From Aciduliprofundum boonei T469 (GTDB taxonomy: Archaea > Thermoplasmatota > Thermoplasmata > Thermoplasmatales > Aciduliprofundaceae): a stretch of DNA of 32,000 nucleotides. The notes under the pieces are model-generated. The model did not search any database and was not told the origin of the DNA. It saw nothing but the letters and a program-made list of their open reading frames with translations. Below, piece after piece: positions 16,266 to 24,695 of this stretch. The position numbers were made by a program, and so were the translations under genes. Location: positions 1,080,001 through 1,112,000 of the forward strand of contig NC_013926.1 in assembly GCF_000025665.1 (NCBI RefSeq), read 5' to 3'. Numbering within the stretch: the stretch's first letter is position 1; every line of letters begins with the position of its first letter.

Positions 16266-17148
16266 CATTTAAAATTTCAGGTACAGTTACAATATCGTTT
16301 ACCGTCACCCCACTTGCCTTTCGATGCCCTCCTCCTCCGTAGAACTTTGCAATTTTCAATACATCCACATCTGTATGGGTTCTAAACTCCATCTTCGTTG
16401 CAGGATTGTATTTTCCAGCACGGTAAATCAAGACCAATATTATATCAAAAGGTCCTCGGGGATCATTAGATAACATATTACTTATTATGTAAACAGGCAC
16501 AGATTCTAATGCCTCAAAAACTGCTACTTTTAAATCCTTAACTTTGAATATTTTTATTTCTCTCTTAACTCTTTTCTTTAAATTATCTAACCATGTCCCA
16601 TACTCTTTAATCATATTGTTATATTGAGCAAGATTTTCGAAATCTTCATTCATCAATTCCTCTGCGAGCTTGTAAAGTTTTATATTTAACTCTCTCCCAG
16701 AGTACTTCCATCTTAAGGCACCGATTATAGTGCGTATATTTTCAGCAATTTCGTCCTTTACATCATTTGTATCTATCTGATTAGCTATATCCACTAATTT
16801 TGAAGATATGCCGAAGAACTCTGCCACCACCTTTGCTGCGCTCTTGGCCTTGCTATCAATATGTATCTTCACATGAGGTAACGATACCTCTGGATTCCAC
16901 TCATGGTGATCTATCCAAACAACCATATCATACATGGCAGCCGCATAAATAGCACGGTTCTCACCTGCAATATCAAAAATGTACAGTTCTCCCAAGCTCC
17001 TTTTACCGCTAGCAGACCTGCAAATTGTATCTCTCAACTGCACGGGAGAGGTAAAATAAGCTCTAACTTTAGCACCTCCAATCTTCTTAAGGAAAAGTGA
17101 AAGAGAGATGACGCCATCAGCATCCATATGGGTCATTACTGTAATCAT
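16243..17148 (-). CDS. DHH/DHHA1 family phosphoesterase (NrnA/RecJ-like)
   Basis: 301 aa. THMDADG (DxD motif), WIDHHEW (DHH motif), GGGGHRKASG (DHHA1 GGGH motif). The 3' end overlaps the convergent tRNA-thiolation gene by 23 nt. Confidence 0.85.
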   Translation of the reverse strand: MITVMTHMDADGVISLSLFLKKIGGAKVRAYFTSPVQLRDTICRSASGKRSLGELYIFDIAGENRAIYAAAMYDMVVWIDHHEWNPEVSLPHVKIHIDSKAKSAAKVVAEFFGISSKLVDIANQIDTNDVKDEIAENIRTIIGALRWKYSGRELNIKLYKLAEELMNEDFENLAQYNNMIKEYGTWLDNLKKRVKREIKIFKVKDLKVAVFEALESVPVYIISNMLSNDPRGPFDIILVLIYRAGKYNPATKMEFRTHTDVDVLKIAKFYGGGGHRKASGVTVNDIVTVPEILNAIELLYS

Positions 17149-17180
17149 ACTCTCATCTACAAAAATAGGATATAAATAAA

Positions 17181-17864
17181 TTATCGGGCAATAAGGGCCC
17201 TTATTCTATCTCCAGCGTTCTCAGCATGGTTGGCTATGTCTCCCAAGAGAAATACGAGTTTGGTTAGATGGAAAAGAGCAGCAGGGCTTATCTTCTCTTC
17301 GAGGGCAAATATCTGGCGCGTCAATTTTCTCTCAATTATGTCACTTTCATGCTCAACTTTATGCAACTCGTGCACTACTTTCTTCGCATTCTCTCTCTCC
17401 TTTTCCAAGAACGATGACTCAATCACAGTATTCAAAGCATCTATTGCCTTGCCAGAAATTTGTATGGACTCTAATGCCTTCGCAAATAGTTCTCTAAAGG
17501 GATCTTCCAGCTCTTTGGGAATGGGCTTCTCCCTCAATGATAGCCACTCTGTAACATCCTGAATCAAATCCACGACTTTGTCCATCTCTGAGAGAAGTGA
17601 GAGAAAAACTCCGCGGTCAACGGGCATCCAGACTCCTTTAGGTAGATGATTCCTTATATTGCTCTTGATGTAATCCGCTTTAAGCTCCATATCTTCAATT
17701 ACCTTTTTTGCCTTTTCAAAATCCTCATAATTGCCTTTTAAATAATCCTCAAACGCATCTTTAAGCATCTGGGCAGCCTCTTCTACTATTTTGGCGTGGT
17801 CTATGAGCGCCTCAAAAGGTGATTTTCTAAGCGTCTCAATTATTGGAGTTCTTATAAATTTCAT
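17181..17864 (-). CDS. DUF47 / PhoU-like phosphate transport regulator-related protein
   Basis: MKFIRTPIIETLRKSPFEALIDHAKIVEE... is an all-helical protein of the COG1392 type usually paired with PiT transporters. The start is set at ATG 17864, with a GGGGTGA SD 7 nt upstream. The track start 17870 is a TTG. Confidence 0.82.
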   Translation of the reverse strand: MKFIRTPIIETLRKSPFEALIDHAKIVEEAAQMLKDAFEDYLKGNYEDFEKAKKVIEDMELKADYIKSNIRNHLPKGVWMPVDRGVFLSLLSEMDKVVDLIQDVTEWLSLREKPIPKELEDPFRELFAKALESIQISGKAIDALNTVIESSFLEKERENAKKVVHELHKVEHESDIIERKLTRQIFALEEKISPAALFHLTKLVFLLGDIANHAENAGDRIRALIAR

Positions 17865-17870
17865 TTTCAA

Positions 17871-19127
17871 TCACCCCAAGAATATATACCTAAACAATAA
17901 AAATATTCCTGCGGAAAATGCCATCGCTACGGGAAGGGTAAACACCCAAGAAAGAAGTATATTCTTTATCACCCTGTAATCCACAGTTGCTATTCCTCTT
18001 GCCAAGCCAACTCCCATAACTGAGCCAACTATAACTTGCGAAGTAGATACTGGCATTCCGAGCTTTGAAAATACAAGAACGGTAAATGCTGCGGCTAGTT
18101 CGGCTGCAAATCCCCTAGTTGGTGTTATCTCGGTTATCCTCTTACCAATGGTTTCTATAACTTTGTACCCCCAAGTAGATATACCAATAACTATTCCAAA
18201 TCCTCCAAGCACTAGAACCCAGAGAGGAATGGTGACATGTGAGCCTATGGGCACTCCGTTGTATATGTCCACAATGGTAACTAATGGTCCAACTGAATTC
18301 GCTACATCATTAGCACCATGGGCAAATGCCACACTTGCAGCAGTCATGACTTGCAAGTAAATGAAGAAATTCTCTAATTTTTTGTATTTATCCTTTTCCA
18401 TAAGGTCCTCTTTATAGCGACGCAGCAAGGCATAGCCAATAATCATTGCTATTATTCCCACAATTATGGATATCAATAGAGAGTTCCAAAGTCCCAAATC
18501 CAATCCTATATTTTTGAGACCTTTAAATAGAATGGACATGGCAATTAAAGCAGCTGTTAAGAATATGAAGAATGGCATAACGATCTTTGCCTCTTTTATA
18601 GGGTCATCCTTTGAAAATATGAATTTTTTTAGAATCATGAAGAATATGTAAGCCATCAGTGCGCCAAGAAGCGGTGAAATAACCCAGCTTGCTGCTATAT
18701 CTCCAACAACATTCCAGTGAATCAAATCCATATTTATGACTATGGCAAATCCCATAACCGCACCTACAATAGATTGAGTTGTAGATACTGGCAATCTTAA
18801 ATATGTTGCTATTGTAACCCACAATCCAGCAGCAATTAAGGCACCGAACATGCCAATCATCAACACATGAGGGTTTATTAATGTAGGACTGACTATGCCC
18901 TTGGCGATTGTATTCGTCACATGCTTTCCAACAAGTACAGCACCGAGAAATTCAAAGGTAACTGCTACAAGAATTGCTCTCTTCAGTGTTAATGCACCAC
19001 TTCCAACAGAAGTACCCATAGAATTTGCAACATCATTAGCACCAATGTTCCAAGACATATAGAGAGAGGCCAAAATTGCCAGAACCAATATCAATTCTAA
19101 TAGCATAATTGGGTATGCTGAAGTCAT
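17871..19127 (-). CDS. pit: Inorganic phosphate transporter, PiT family
   Basis: 418 aa polytopic membrane protein. It has the duplicated PiT signature GANDVANSMGTSVG (N-terminal half) and GANDVANSVGPL (C-terminal half). Confidence 0.92.
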   Translation of the reverse strand: MTSAYPIMLLELILVLAILASLYMSWNIGANDVANSMGTSVGSGALTLKRAILVAVTFEFLGAVLVGKHVTNTIAKGIVSPTLINPHVLMIGMFGALIAAGLWVTIATYLRLPVSTTQSIVGAVMGFAIVINMDLIHWNVVGDIAASWVISPLLGALMAYIFFMILKKFIFSKDDPIKEAKIVMPFFIFLTAALIAMSILFKGLKNIGLDLGLWNSLLISIIVGIIAMIIGYALLRRYKEDLMEKDKYKKLENFFIYLQVMTAASVAFAHGANDVANSVGPLVTIVDIYNGVPIGSHVTIPLWVLVLGGFGIVIGISTWGYKVIETIGKRITEITPTRGFAAELAAAFTVLVFSKLGMPVSTSQVIVGSVMGVGLARGIATVDYRVIKNILLSWVFTLPVAMAFSAGIFLLFRYIFLG

Positions 19128-19140
19128 TTAAAAAATTTTC

Positions 19141-19470
19141 CTATATATAAATACCAGCAAACTTTAAAAACCTCACAGCTTCATCTCTTGAAAATGAGAG
19201 ATTGGTAGGTAAATTTTCAAATAATTGCCAATCCATCTCTCCCCCTTTAATCTCTTCAATCTCTCCAGCAAACAGTAAAATATCCCCTTCGCTCTTTATG
19301 AATCTCAAATTTTTGAATATAATTCCCGCCTCCTCGTAGCACTCTCTCAAGGCAGCTTTGTGAGGATTTTCTTCATTCTCAACTCTACCCCCGGGGAATT
19401 CCCAGCCCCTTCTTGGATTGTTTACCATGAGAAACTTGCCATCTTTTAAAGGTACTACCACTACTATCAT
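19141..19470 (-). CDS. Minimal NUDIX hydrolase
   Basis: 109 aa. It has a perfect Nudix box, GRVENEENPHKAALRECYEEAGI (Gx5Ex7REUxEExGU). The ATG overlaps the NMD3 stop as ATGA (19467-19470). Confidence 0.85.
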   Translation of the reverse strand: MIVVVVPLKDGKFLMVNNPRRGWEFPGGRVENEENPHKAALRECYEEAGIIFKNLRFIKSEGDILLFAGEIEEIKGGEMDWQLFENLPTNLSFSRDEAVRFLKFAGIYI

Positions 19471-20465
19471 GGTATCACATAAACATTCTCGTTAATTCTC
19501 ACAATTTTAACATTCTCCCCTGAATTGAGTGCTCTTGCAGAAATTGCATCTATAGTCCTGTAATCTTTATCCATGACCTGCACTTCATTATTTTTAGAGA
19601 ATATAACTATCGCCTCTTCCAACTCATTATTCTTTTTTAGCAAATTTATCTTATGCCTTCTCGCATCAAATGTTTTCTCCCTTCCATCTTTCAAGGATAT
19701 GCCTTTCACATAGTGTCCAGATACATGCCCTATCAAATAATACTCCCCATCAACCTCAACTACATCTCCAACCCTGTAATCTGGAAGACGAACAGAGTAT
19801 GTCATACGATATACATCCTTGCCATCTTTCCTACCAACTATACTGGGGGATTCTTTCAGCGCAGCACCATACTTTCTGCAAAGTTCTTCAGCAACCTTCT
19901 TTGCCTCTTTTTTATCACTTATGTAAATATCCCAACCACCATGCTTGCCCTCTTCTTTCGTGATGAATAAGTTCTCGTTCTTCCTAGCATAATGCTCCAA
20001 TCTTTCGTGAGTGTATCGCACTACACTCTCAAGCTCATTCTCTCTCGTACCCCTTATCTGCAGTATCGCTTCAAAATAATTGCCAAAGTATCTGTTGCAT
20101 CGGGGACAGGATTCATACTTTGTATGGACAATTGAATAATGCTCTTCTTTCACATTTAACTCCTTGTATTTTATGTCAAATATGACGTGGAGTTCAATAT
20201 CTCCCTCATAATCTCTGGTTTCAAAATCGAGTTCTAGTGAATCATATTCGTGTAAAGTATCTAAATTTCTAATAATTAATTCCCTTAGCATATCTTCCTC
20301 ACTCAATCTCTTCCATTCACCCTTGAATTTTATAGCCCCGCAATGAGGGCATCTGATAACCTCCATATGCTGAGGCAAGCTGGTGAATTTAACCTTCTTT
20401 AGAAAACACACTTCGCATAGGCCATCGTACTTTGCCTCTCTCTTACCGCATTCTACACAGAGCAT
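19467..20465 (-). CDS. NMD3 family protein (archaeal homologue of the 60S subunit export/biogenesis factor)
   Basis: 332 aa. It has four CxxC pairs (CVECG...CEVC, CPHCG, CPRCNRY) and YFEAILQIRG, matching the NMD3 N-terminal zinc domain consensus. It lacks the eukaryotic C-terminal NES/NLS extension, as expected for archaea. Confidence 0.85.
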   Translation of the reverse strand: MLCVECGKREAKYDGLCEVCFLKKVKFTSLPQHMEVIRCPHCGAIKFKGEWKRLSEEDMLRELIIRNLDTLHEYDSLELDFETRDYEGDIELHVIFDIKYKELNVKEEHYSIVHTKYESCPRCNRYFGNYFEAILQIRGTRENELESVVRYTHERLEHYARKNENLFITKEEGKHGGWDIYISDKKEAKKVAEELCRKYGAALKESPSIVGRKDGKDVYRMTYSVRLPDYRVGDVVEVDGEYYLIGHVSGHYVKGISLKDGREKTFDARRHKINLLKKNNELEEAIVIFSKNNEVQVMDKDYRTIDAISARALNSGENVKIVRINENVYVIP

Positions 20466-20501
20466 CCATTCTCCTATGGTTCATACATTAAAAAATTTTC
20501 C

Positions 20502-21257
20502 TCATCCTATATACCCGAGGTCCTCATGCTTTTCCTCTTGCTTCTGCTCCTCTTTTATCTGTGAGGTTATCTCCGTTATTTCTTTAGATCTCAGTTCTAT
20601 GTCTGCAAGATCAATATTTAAATTGAAGTATTTGTCAACAATTTTAAGCACATTTAAAGCGCTTTTCGGATCTGAGAAATAGCCGGATGTTTCTCCCATA
20701 AGGCACGCCCCACGCATGTCAAAGACGACGGAACCTAGGCCAAGGAGCAATCCCGCAGCACCCACTATACCTCCTGATGGATCTGTTGGAGAAAAATACA
20801 CTCCGTAATCTTTCAACTCTTCAACCATATCTTTATCAGTAGCTGCTCCAAATACTCTGGGATCCTCAACAAGGTTTCCCGTGCCATAACCACCTAAGGT
20901 GAATATTAGCTTAGTGCCAAACTCTTTAACTATTTCCAAAACTTTGTATGATAACTCGTACTGCCCCTCAGAGTTCATACCCTGATAATCACCCACCAAT
21001 ATTATCAAGTCCCTTCCATTTGGATTCTTGTAATAGTAAAGCTCGTTCTTTACAAGATAGAGAGTACCATCACCTCTCATAAGAACCTGCGGAGGGAGGT
21101 ATTTAGAATAAATCTCTACAAAGAGTTTCGCATTTAATTTATCTTTCAAATACTCAGCCGAAATTTTTCCAACATTCCCCACTCCGGGAAGGCCCTCAAT
21201 TAATACGGGATCATTTAATTCAGGCTTTTCAATATACTTAACTATTATTGGCTCCAT
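20502..21257 (-). CDS. PAC2 family proteasome assembly chaperone-like protein (COG1938)
   Basis: EKPELNDPVLIEGLPGVGNVGKISAEYL is the PAC2-family N-terminal motif. The start is set at ATG 21257, with a GAGGTGG SD 6 nt upstream, rather than 21299. Confidence 0.8.
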   Translation of the reverse strand: MEPIIVKYIEKPELNDPVLIEGLPGVGNVGKISAEYLKDKLNAKLFVEIYSKYLPPQVLMRGDGTLYLVKNELYYYKNPNGRDLIILVGDYQGMNSEGQYELSYKVLEIVKEFGTKLIFTLGGYGTGNLVEDPRVFGAATDKDMVEELKDYGVYFSPTDPSGGIVGAAGLLLGLGSVVFDMRGACLMGETSGYFSDPKSALNVLKIVDKYFNLNIDLADIELRSKEITEITSQIKEEQKQEEKHEDLGYIG

Positions 21258-21426
21258 ATTTTTCCACCTCTTTTTTAAGCATTCTTCTATACTTTCCATA
21301 TCTATCTTCAGGAGAAAATCGCGGAGGTAAAACTTCTAGAGTTTTTTCTCCACATTTTGGACATAACTCTCTCAAAGTATAAGCTCCACATTTAGGACAT
21401 CTTCTTATGAGCGTGTGCATTTTCAC
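21238..21426 (-). CDS. nop10: H/ACA RNP component Nop10
   Basis: IRRCPKCGAYTLRELCPKCGEKTLEVLPPRFSPEDRYGKYRR is the Nop10 zinc-ribbon plus PxRFSPxDxYxxYR motif. The start is either GTG 21426 (GTGA overlap with the aIF2-alpha stop) or ATG 21420. Confidence 0.9.
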   Translation of the reverse strand: MKMHTLIRRCPKCGAYTLRELCPKCGEKTLEVLPPRFSPEDRYGKYRRMLKKEVEKYGANNS

Positions 21427-22187
21427 AACCTTCTATGATATTCCCCTTCTCCACCAAGCTCCTTGAATTCTTCAAGTGCTTTATTAGCCGCGTTCTGCAA
21501 GAGCTCTTCGGCTGTTTTGTAATCCTCAGCTCTGACATTTATTCTGTACCTCGGGGCACCCATGTATGTCACAACGATATCCTCTTCTTCAATATCTTGC
21601 AAAACTTTCTTTATATGCTCAATCCCATCAGGTGCCGTGGTTGTCAATTCGAGATAACCAGAGATGCGTACATAGGGTGGCACTATATTCTCCTTTGCCA
21701 CCTGTACAAAAGTATCTATCCAATCGCCCTCAAATCCTTCGTCTTTCAAAACCTCTTCATTAATTGCCGATTCTTCAAAGGCTGCAAACAATGTGCCAAA
21801 ATGCTCTATCAAATCATAGCCAAACTCCTCATAACACTCTCCAACATCCTTCCCCAATCTTTGAGCCACGATTTCAAATAATTTTTCTGCCTTCTTCTCG
21901 TTCTTCCATTCCTGAATTTTATCTCTGCGTTGATGCTCATTTACTCGTTTTAAGCTCAAATCTATATGACCTCTGGAAGGATCCACACGGAGAACTTTAC
22001 AGACAACTTTTTGCCCCTCTCTAACATGGTCCCTTATATACTTTATCCAGCCAGTAGCAATCTCACTAATGTGAATAAAACCTTCCTTGCCTTCGTACTC
22101 ATCTAAAGTCACAAATGCCCCGTAGGGCTTAACGGTTTTAACCGTGGCAATCACGAATTCCCCCGTCTCTGGATATCCTTTTTTCAC
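21423..22187 (-). CDS. eif2a: Translation initiation factor aIF2 subunit alpha
   Basis: 254 aa. It has an S1-like N-terminal domain, YPETGEFVIATVKTVKPYGAFVTLDEYEGKEGFIHISEIA. The GTG start at 22187 overlaps the S27e stop (GTGA), with a GAGGTG SD upstream. Confidence 0.95.
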   Translation of the reverse strand: MKKGYPETGEFVIATVKTVKPYGAFVTLDEYEGKEGFIHISEIATGWIKYIRDHVREGQKVVCKVLRVDPSRGHIDLSLKRVNEHQRRDKIQEWKNEKKAEKLFEIVAQRLGKDVGECYEEFGYDLIEHFGTLFAAFEESAINEEVLKDEGFEGDWIDTFVQVAKENIVPPYVRISGYLELTTTAPDGIEHIKKVLQDIEEEDIVVTYMGAPRYRINVRAEDYKTAEELLQNAANKALEEFKELGGEGEYHRRL

Positions 22188-22366
22188 TTATACACCTCTA
22201 TTATCGCGCCCTTAATATCCGCCTTACCTCCAGTTGGAATAGCAAGTGTAGCTCCGCAAATTTGACATTTTACGACAATGCTTGCCTTTGAATATATGAT
22301 TTGCTCGTGACCACAATCAGGACACTTGACTTTGACAAATACCTTATCTTCCTTGACCTTAACCAT
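22184..22366 (-). CDS. rps27e: 30S ribosomal protein S27e
   Basis: 60 aa zinc-ribbon protein: VKCPDCGHEQIIYSKASIVVKCQICGATLAIPTGGKA. Its ATG overlaps the L44e TAA by 1 nt (TAATG). Confidence 0.95.
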   Translation of the reverse strand: MVKVKEDKVFVKVKCPDCGHEQIIYSKASIVVKCQICGATLAIPTGGKADIKGAIIEVYK

Positions 22367-22650
22367 TATTTCACCTCCACAAGCTCAAATTTCTTTGCGC
22401 GAATCATTGGAGAAGTATGTGCTCTATTGCATTCTGTGCACCTGAAACGCAAATTGAGACGCTTTGTGGGCTTCTCCCTACCTTCGTAAGTGGGCCTTGG
22501 AAATCCACCATAGCCAGCAGTTACACGGCGAAATCTGCGCTGTCCTGCTTTAAGCTCGCTTGCCTTCTTTTTCTTAACTTTCTCAACCACATGAATCGTA
22601 TGCTTCTTACAATAAGGACAATACATCTTAACTTTCCTTGGCATCTTCAT
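22366..22650 (-). CDS. rpl44e: 50S ribosomal protein L44e
   Basis: [53 protein letters not shown]...RCTECNRAH. The start is set at ATG 22650, with a GGTGATC SD at 22654-22660. The track start 22674 is a TTG. Confidence 0.95.
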   Translation of the reverse strand: MKMPRKVKMYCPYCKKHTIHVVEKVKKKKASELKAGQRRFRRVTAGYGGFPRPTYEGREKPTKRLNLRFRCTECNRAHTSPMIRAKKFELVEVK

Positions 22651-22680
22651 TCTGATCACCAGATTAGTGGGCAAATAGGC

Positions 22681-22690
22681 ATATAATATT
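22681..22690 (-). promoter_or_regulatory. TATA-like box (AATATTATAT) of the rpl44e-rps27e-eif2a-nop10 operon
   Basis: It lies about 35 nt upstream of ATG 22650 and touches the stop codon of the upstream radical SAM gene. Confidence 0.45.
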
Positions 22691-23649
22691 TAAGTATTTT
22701 TACCTAACTGCGGCTTTCTGAAATTCCTCAAATAATAAACATGCCCTTGATATTCAACTTTTTTAAGCTCATTTTTATTCAACATATCCTCCATTAATCC
22801 CTCAGAGGCATCTCCTTTTTTCAGCAGCTCTAATATCGCTTCTTCCCTCATTGGGTGCACTGCTGTTATTTTCAGTATATCTTCTCTGACATTCTCCAAG
22901 CTCACAAATTCATTTCCCTCATAGCCAATTAAATATTCCACCCTATTCAATTTCTCGCTGAAAATCTCGTATGCTTTTGCAACAAGCTCTTCATTTGGCT
23001 GGGTGACCCATCTTTCCGCCGGAGGTCTTGTGGGTATGGCAATATAGGCAATGTCAGGATTCAAATCTGACAGAAATTCTGCCATTTTTTCAAGCTCCCC
23101 ATCATAATCCAGGCCACCTACTAGCATGGTCTCTGTAACAACTTTCCCATCATAATCATCTTTAAATTCAAGCATTCCACCAAGAATCTTGCTTAATTTT
23201 AGCTCTTTGTGGGGCTTGTTTACTCTTTTCCACATTTCTTCGGTTATAGCATCAATCTTCAAAGACACATAATCAAAATTCAAAAGAGCGTTGCGAACAT
23301 CCTGATCATAAATCAAAGATGAATTGGTTATAATTGCAATGGGATAGCCCAAGGAGCGAAGCAATCTAACCTCTTTTTCTAAATTCAAATCCAGGGTTGG
23401 CTCTCCATCAGGCACGAAGGTTATGTAGTCCAATTTTATGTTCTCTTTTTCTATATCCTCTACTCTTCTCTCCACTTCTTCAAATATTCTGCTTGGCTCG
23501 TAAAATTTTTGCCTTTCAACCTGCATTTTTAAAGTATTTCCAATTTGACAATACACACAGGCATAGGTGCAGACCTTGTAAGGTATGTTATTCACACCTA
23601 AGCTTCTTCCAAGTCTGCGAGATGGTACGGGACCAAATACTATTTCCAT
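22690..23649 (-). CDS. Radical SAM protein, function unassigned
   Basis: 319 aa. The N-terminus is GPVPSRRLGRSLGVNNIPYKVCTYACVYCQIG, with CxxxCxxC preceded by a conserved-looking GPVxSRRLGxSLG motif. This is followed by FVPDGEPTL and IITNSSL, typical of the radical SAM core. Confidence 0.85.
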   Translation of the reverse strand: MEIVFGPVPSRRLGRSLGVNNIPYKVCTYACVYCQIGNTLKMQVERQKFYEPSRIFEEVERRVEDIEKENIKLDYITFVPDGEPTLDLNLEKEVRLLRSLGYPIAIITNSSLIYDQDVRNALLNFDYVSLKIDAITEEMWKRVNKPHKELKLSKILGGMLEFKDDYDGKVVTETMLVGGLDYDGELEKMAEFLSDLNPDIAYIAIPTRPPAERWVTQPNEELVAKAYEIFSEKLNRVEYLIGYEGNEFVSLENVREDILKITAVHPMREEAILELLKKGDASEGLMEDMLNKNELKKVEYQGHVYYLRNFRKPQLGKNT

Positions 23650-23676
23650 AGATAAGGAAGGGTGAGAGAAATAATA

Positions 23677-23708
23677 AAAGTTTGCACAAAAACTTTAAGT
23701 TTTCAAAC
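23677..23708. promoter_or_regulatory. Cluster of alternating AAGTTT / AAACTT half-sites (overlapping palindromes) in the radical SAM - purM divergent spacer
   Basis: Read directly: AAAGTTT-GCACAA-AAACTTT (23677-23696, 7-bp arms), AAACTT-T-AAGTTT (23690-23702), then GTTT-TC-AAAC (23699-23708). It sits between a TATA-like AAATAATAAAAG and the purM ATG (23721). Confidence 0.4.
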
Positions 23709-23720
23709 ATTTTGCCTCCT

Positions 23721-24695
23721 ATGAAATACAAAGATGCGGGAGTGGACATTGATAGAGAAGGTGAATTCATAAAGAAGTTACTTTCGCAGTTAAAATTTAA
23801 AAGAGGTATGTCTCTCAACATCGGAAAGCATTTCACGGGTATTGTTGAATTTGGAGATTATTATATTGCCATTAACACCGATGGTGTGGGCTCTAAAGTA
23901 TTGATTGCAAATGAGATGAAGAAATGGGACACTATTGGGATTGACTGCATAGCAATGAATGTAAACGATACAATCTGCATAGGCGCAGAACCAATTGCCT
24001 TTGTAGATTATCTTGCAATTGACCATTACGATATGAATATGGCAGAGCAAATTGGAAAGGGATTAAATAAGGGGGCAGAACTTGCAAATGTAGAAATAAT
24101 TGGAGGCGAAACTGCAACTCTACCTGAAATAATCAATGGAATAGATTTATCAGGCACAAGCATTGGAATTGTTAAGAAAGGAGATATAATTACGGGAAAT
24201 AAGATAAAAAAAGGAGATTTGATATACGGAATACCCAGCAGTGGGGTGCACTCTAACGGGCTAACCTTGGCTCGTAAAGTTTTAAAAATGGATGATGAGT
24301 TTGAGGGCCATAAAATAGGCGAGGAATTGTTAAAGCCCACAAGAATATATGTTAAAGAGATTCTTTCCCTTCTCAAATCTTGCAAGCCCCATGGATTAGC
24401 CCATATAACTGGCGGAGGATTAAAGAATATTTTGAGATTGAAAAGAATGAGGTATATTATTGAAGAGCCGTTAAATCCGCAGAAAATCTTTGAATTAATT
24501 ATGAATGCAGCCAAGGTAGATTATGAGGAGATGTACAAAACTTTCAACATGGGCATGGGCTTTGCAATAATCGCTTCTGAAGATTGCGAAAAAGAGATAA
24601 AAAATGAGATAAGAGATGCAAAAGTGATAGGATATGTGGATGAAGGCTCTGAGGTTACCATTCCTGAGTTAGATGTGAGATATACTAGTTATTGA
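23721..24695 (+). CDS. purM: Phosphoribosylformylglycinamidine cyclo-ligase (AIR synthetase)
   Basis: MKYKDAGVDIDREG matches the PurM N-terminus (YKDAGVDID). It also has NTDGVGSKV, GIDCIAMNVNDTICIGAEP, SSGVHSNG and AHITGGG. The start is set at ATG 23721. The track start 23682 adds 13 non-conserved residues. Confidence 0.93.
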   Translation: MKYKDAGVDIDREGEFIKKLLSQLKFKRGMSLNIGKHFTGIVEFGDYYIAINTDGVGSKVLIANEMKKWDTIGIDCIAMNVNDTICIGAEPIAFVDYLAIDHYDMNMAEQIGKGLNKGAELANVEIIGGETATLPEIINGIDLSGTSIGIVKKGDIITGNKIKKGDLIYGIPSSGVHSNGLTLARKVLKMDDEFEGHKIGEELLKPTRIYVKEILSLLKSCKPHGLAHITGGGLKNILRLKRMRYIIEEPLNPQKIFELIMNAAKVDYEEMYKTFNMGMGFAIIASEDCEKEIKNEIRDAKVIGYVDEGSEVTIPELDVRYTSY

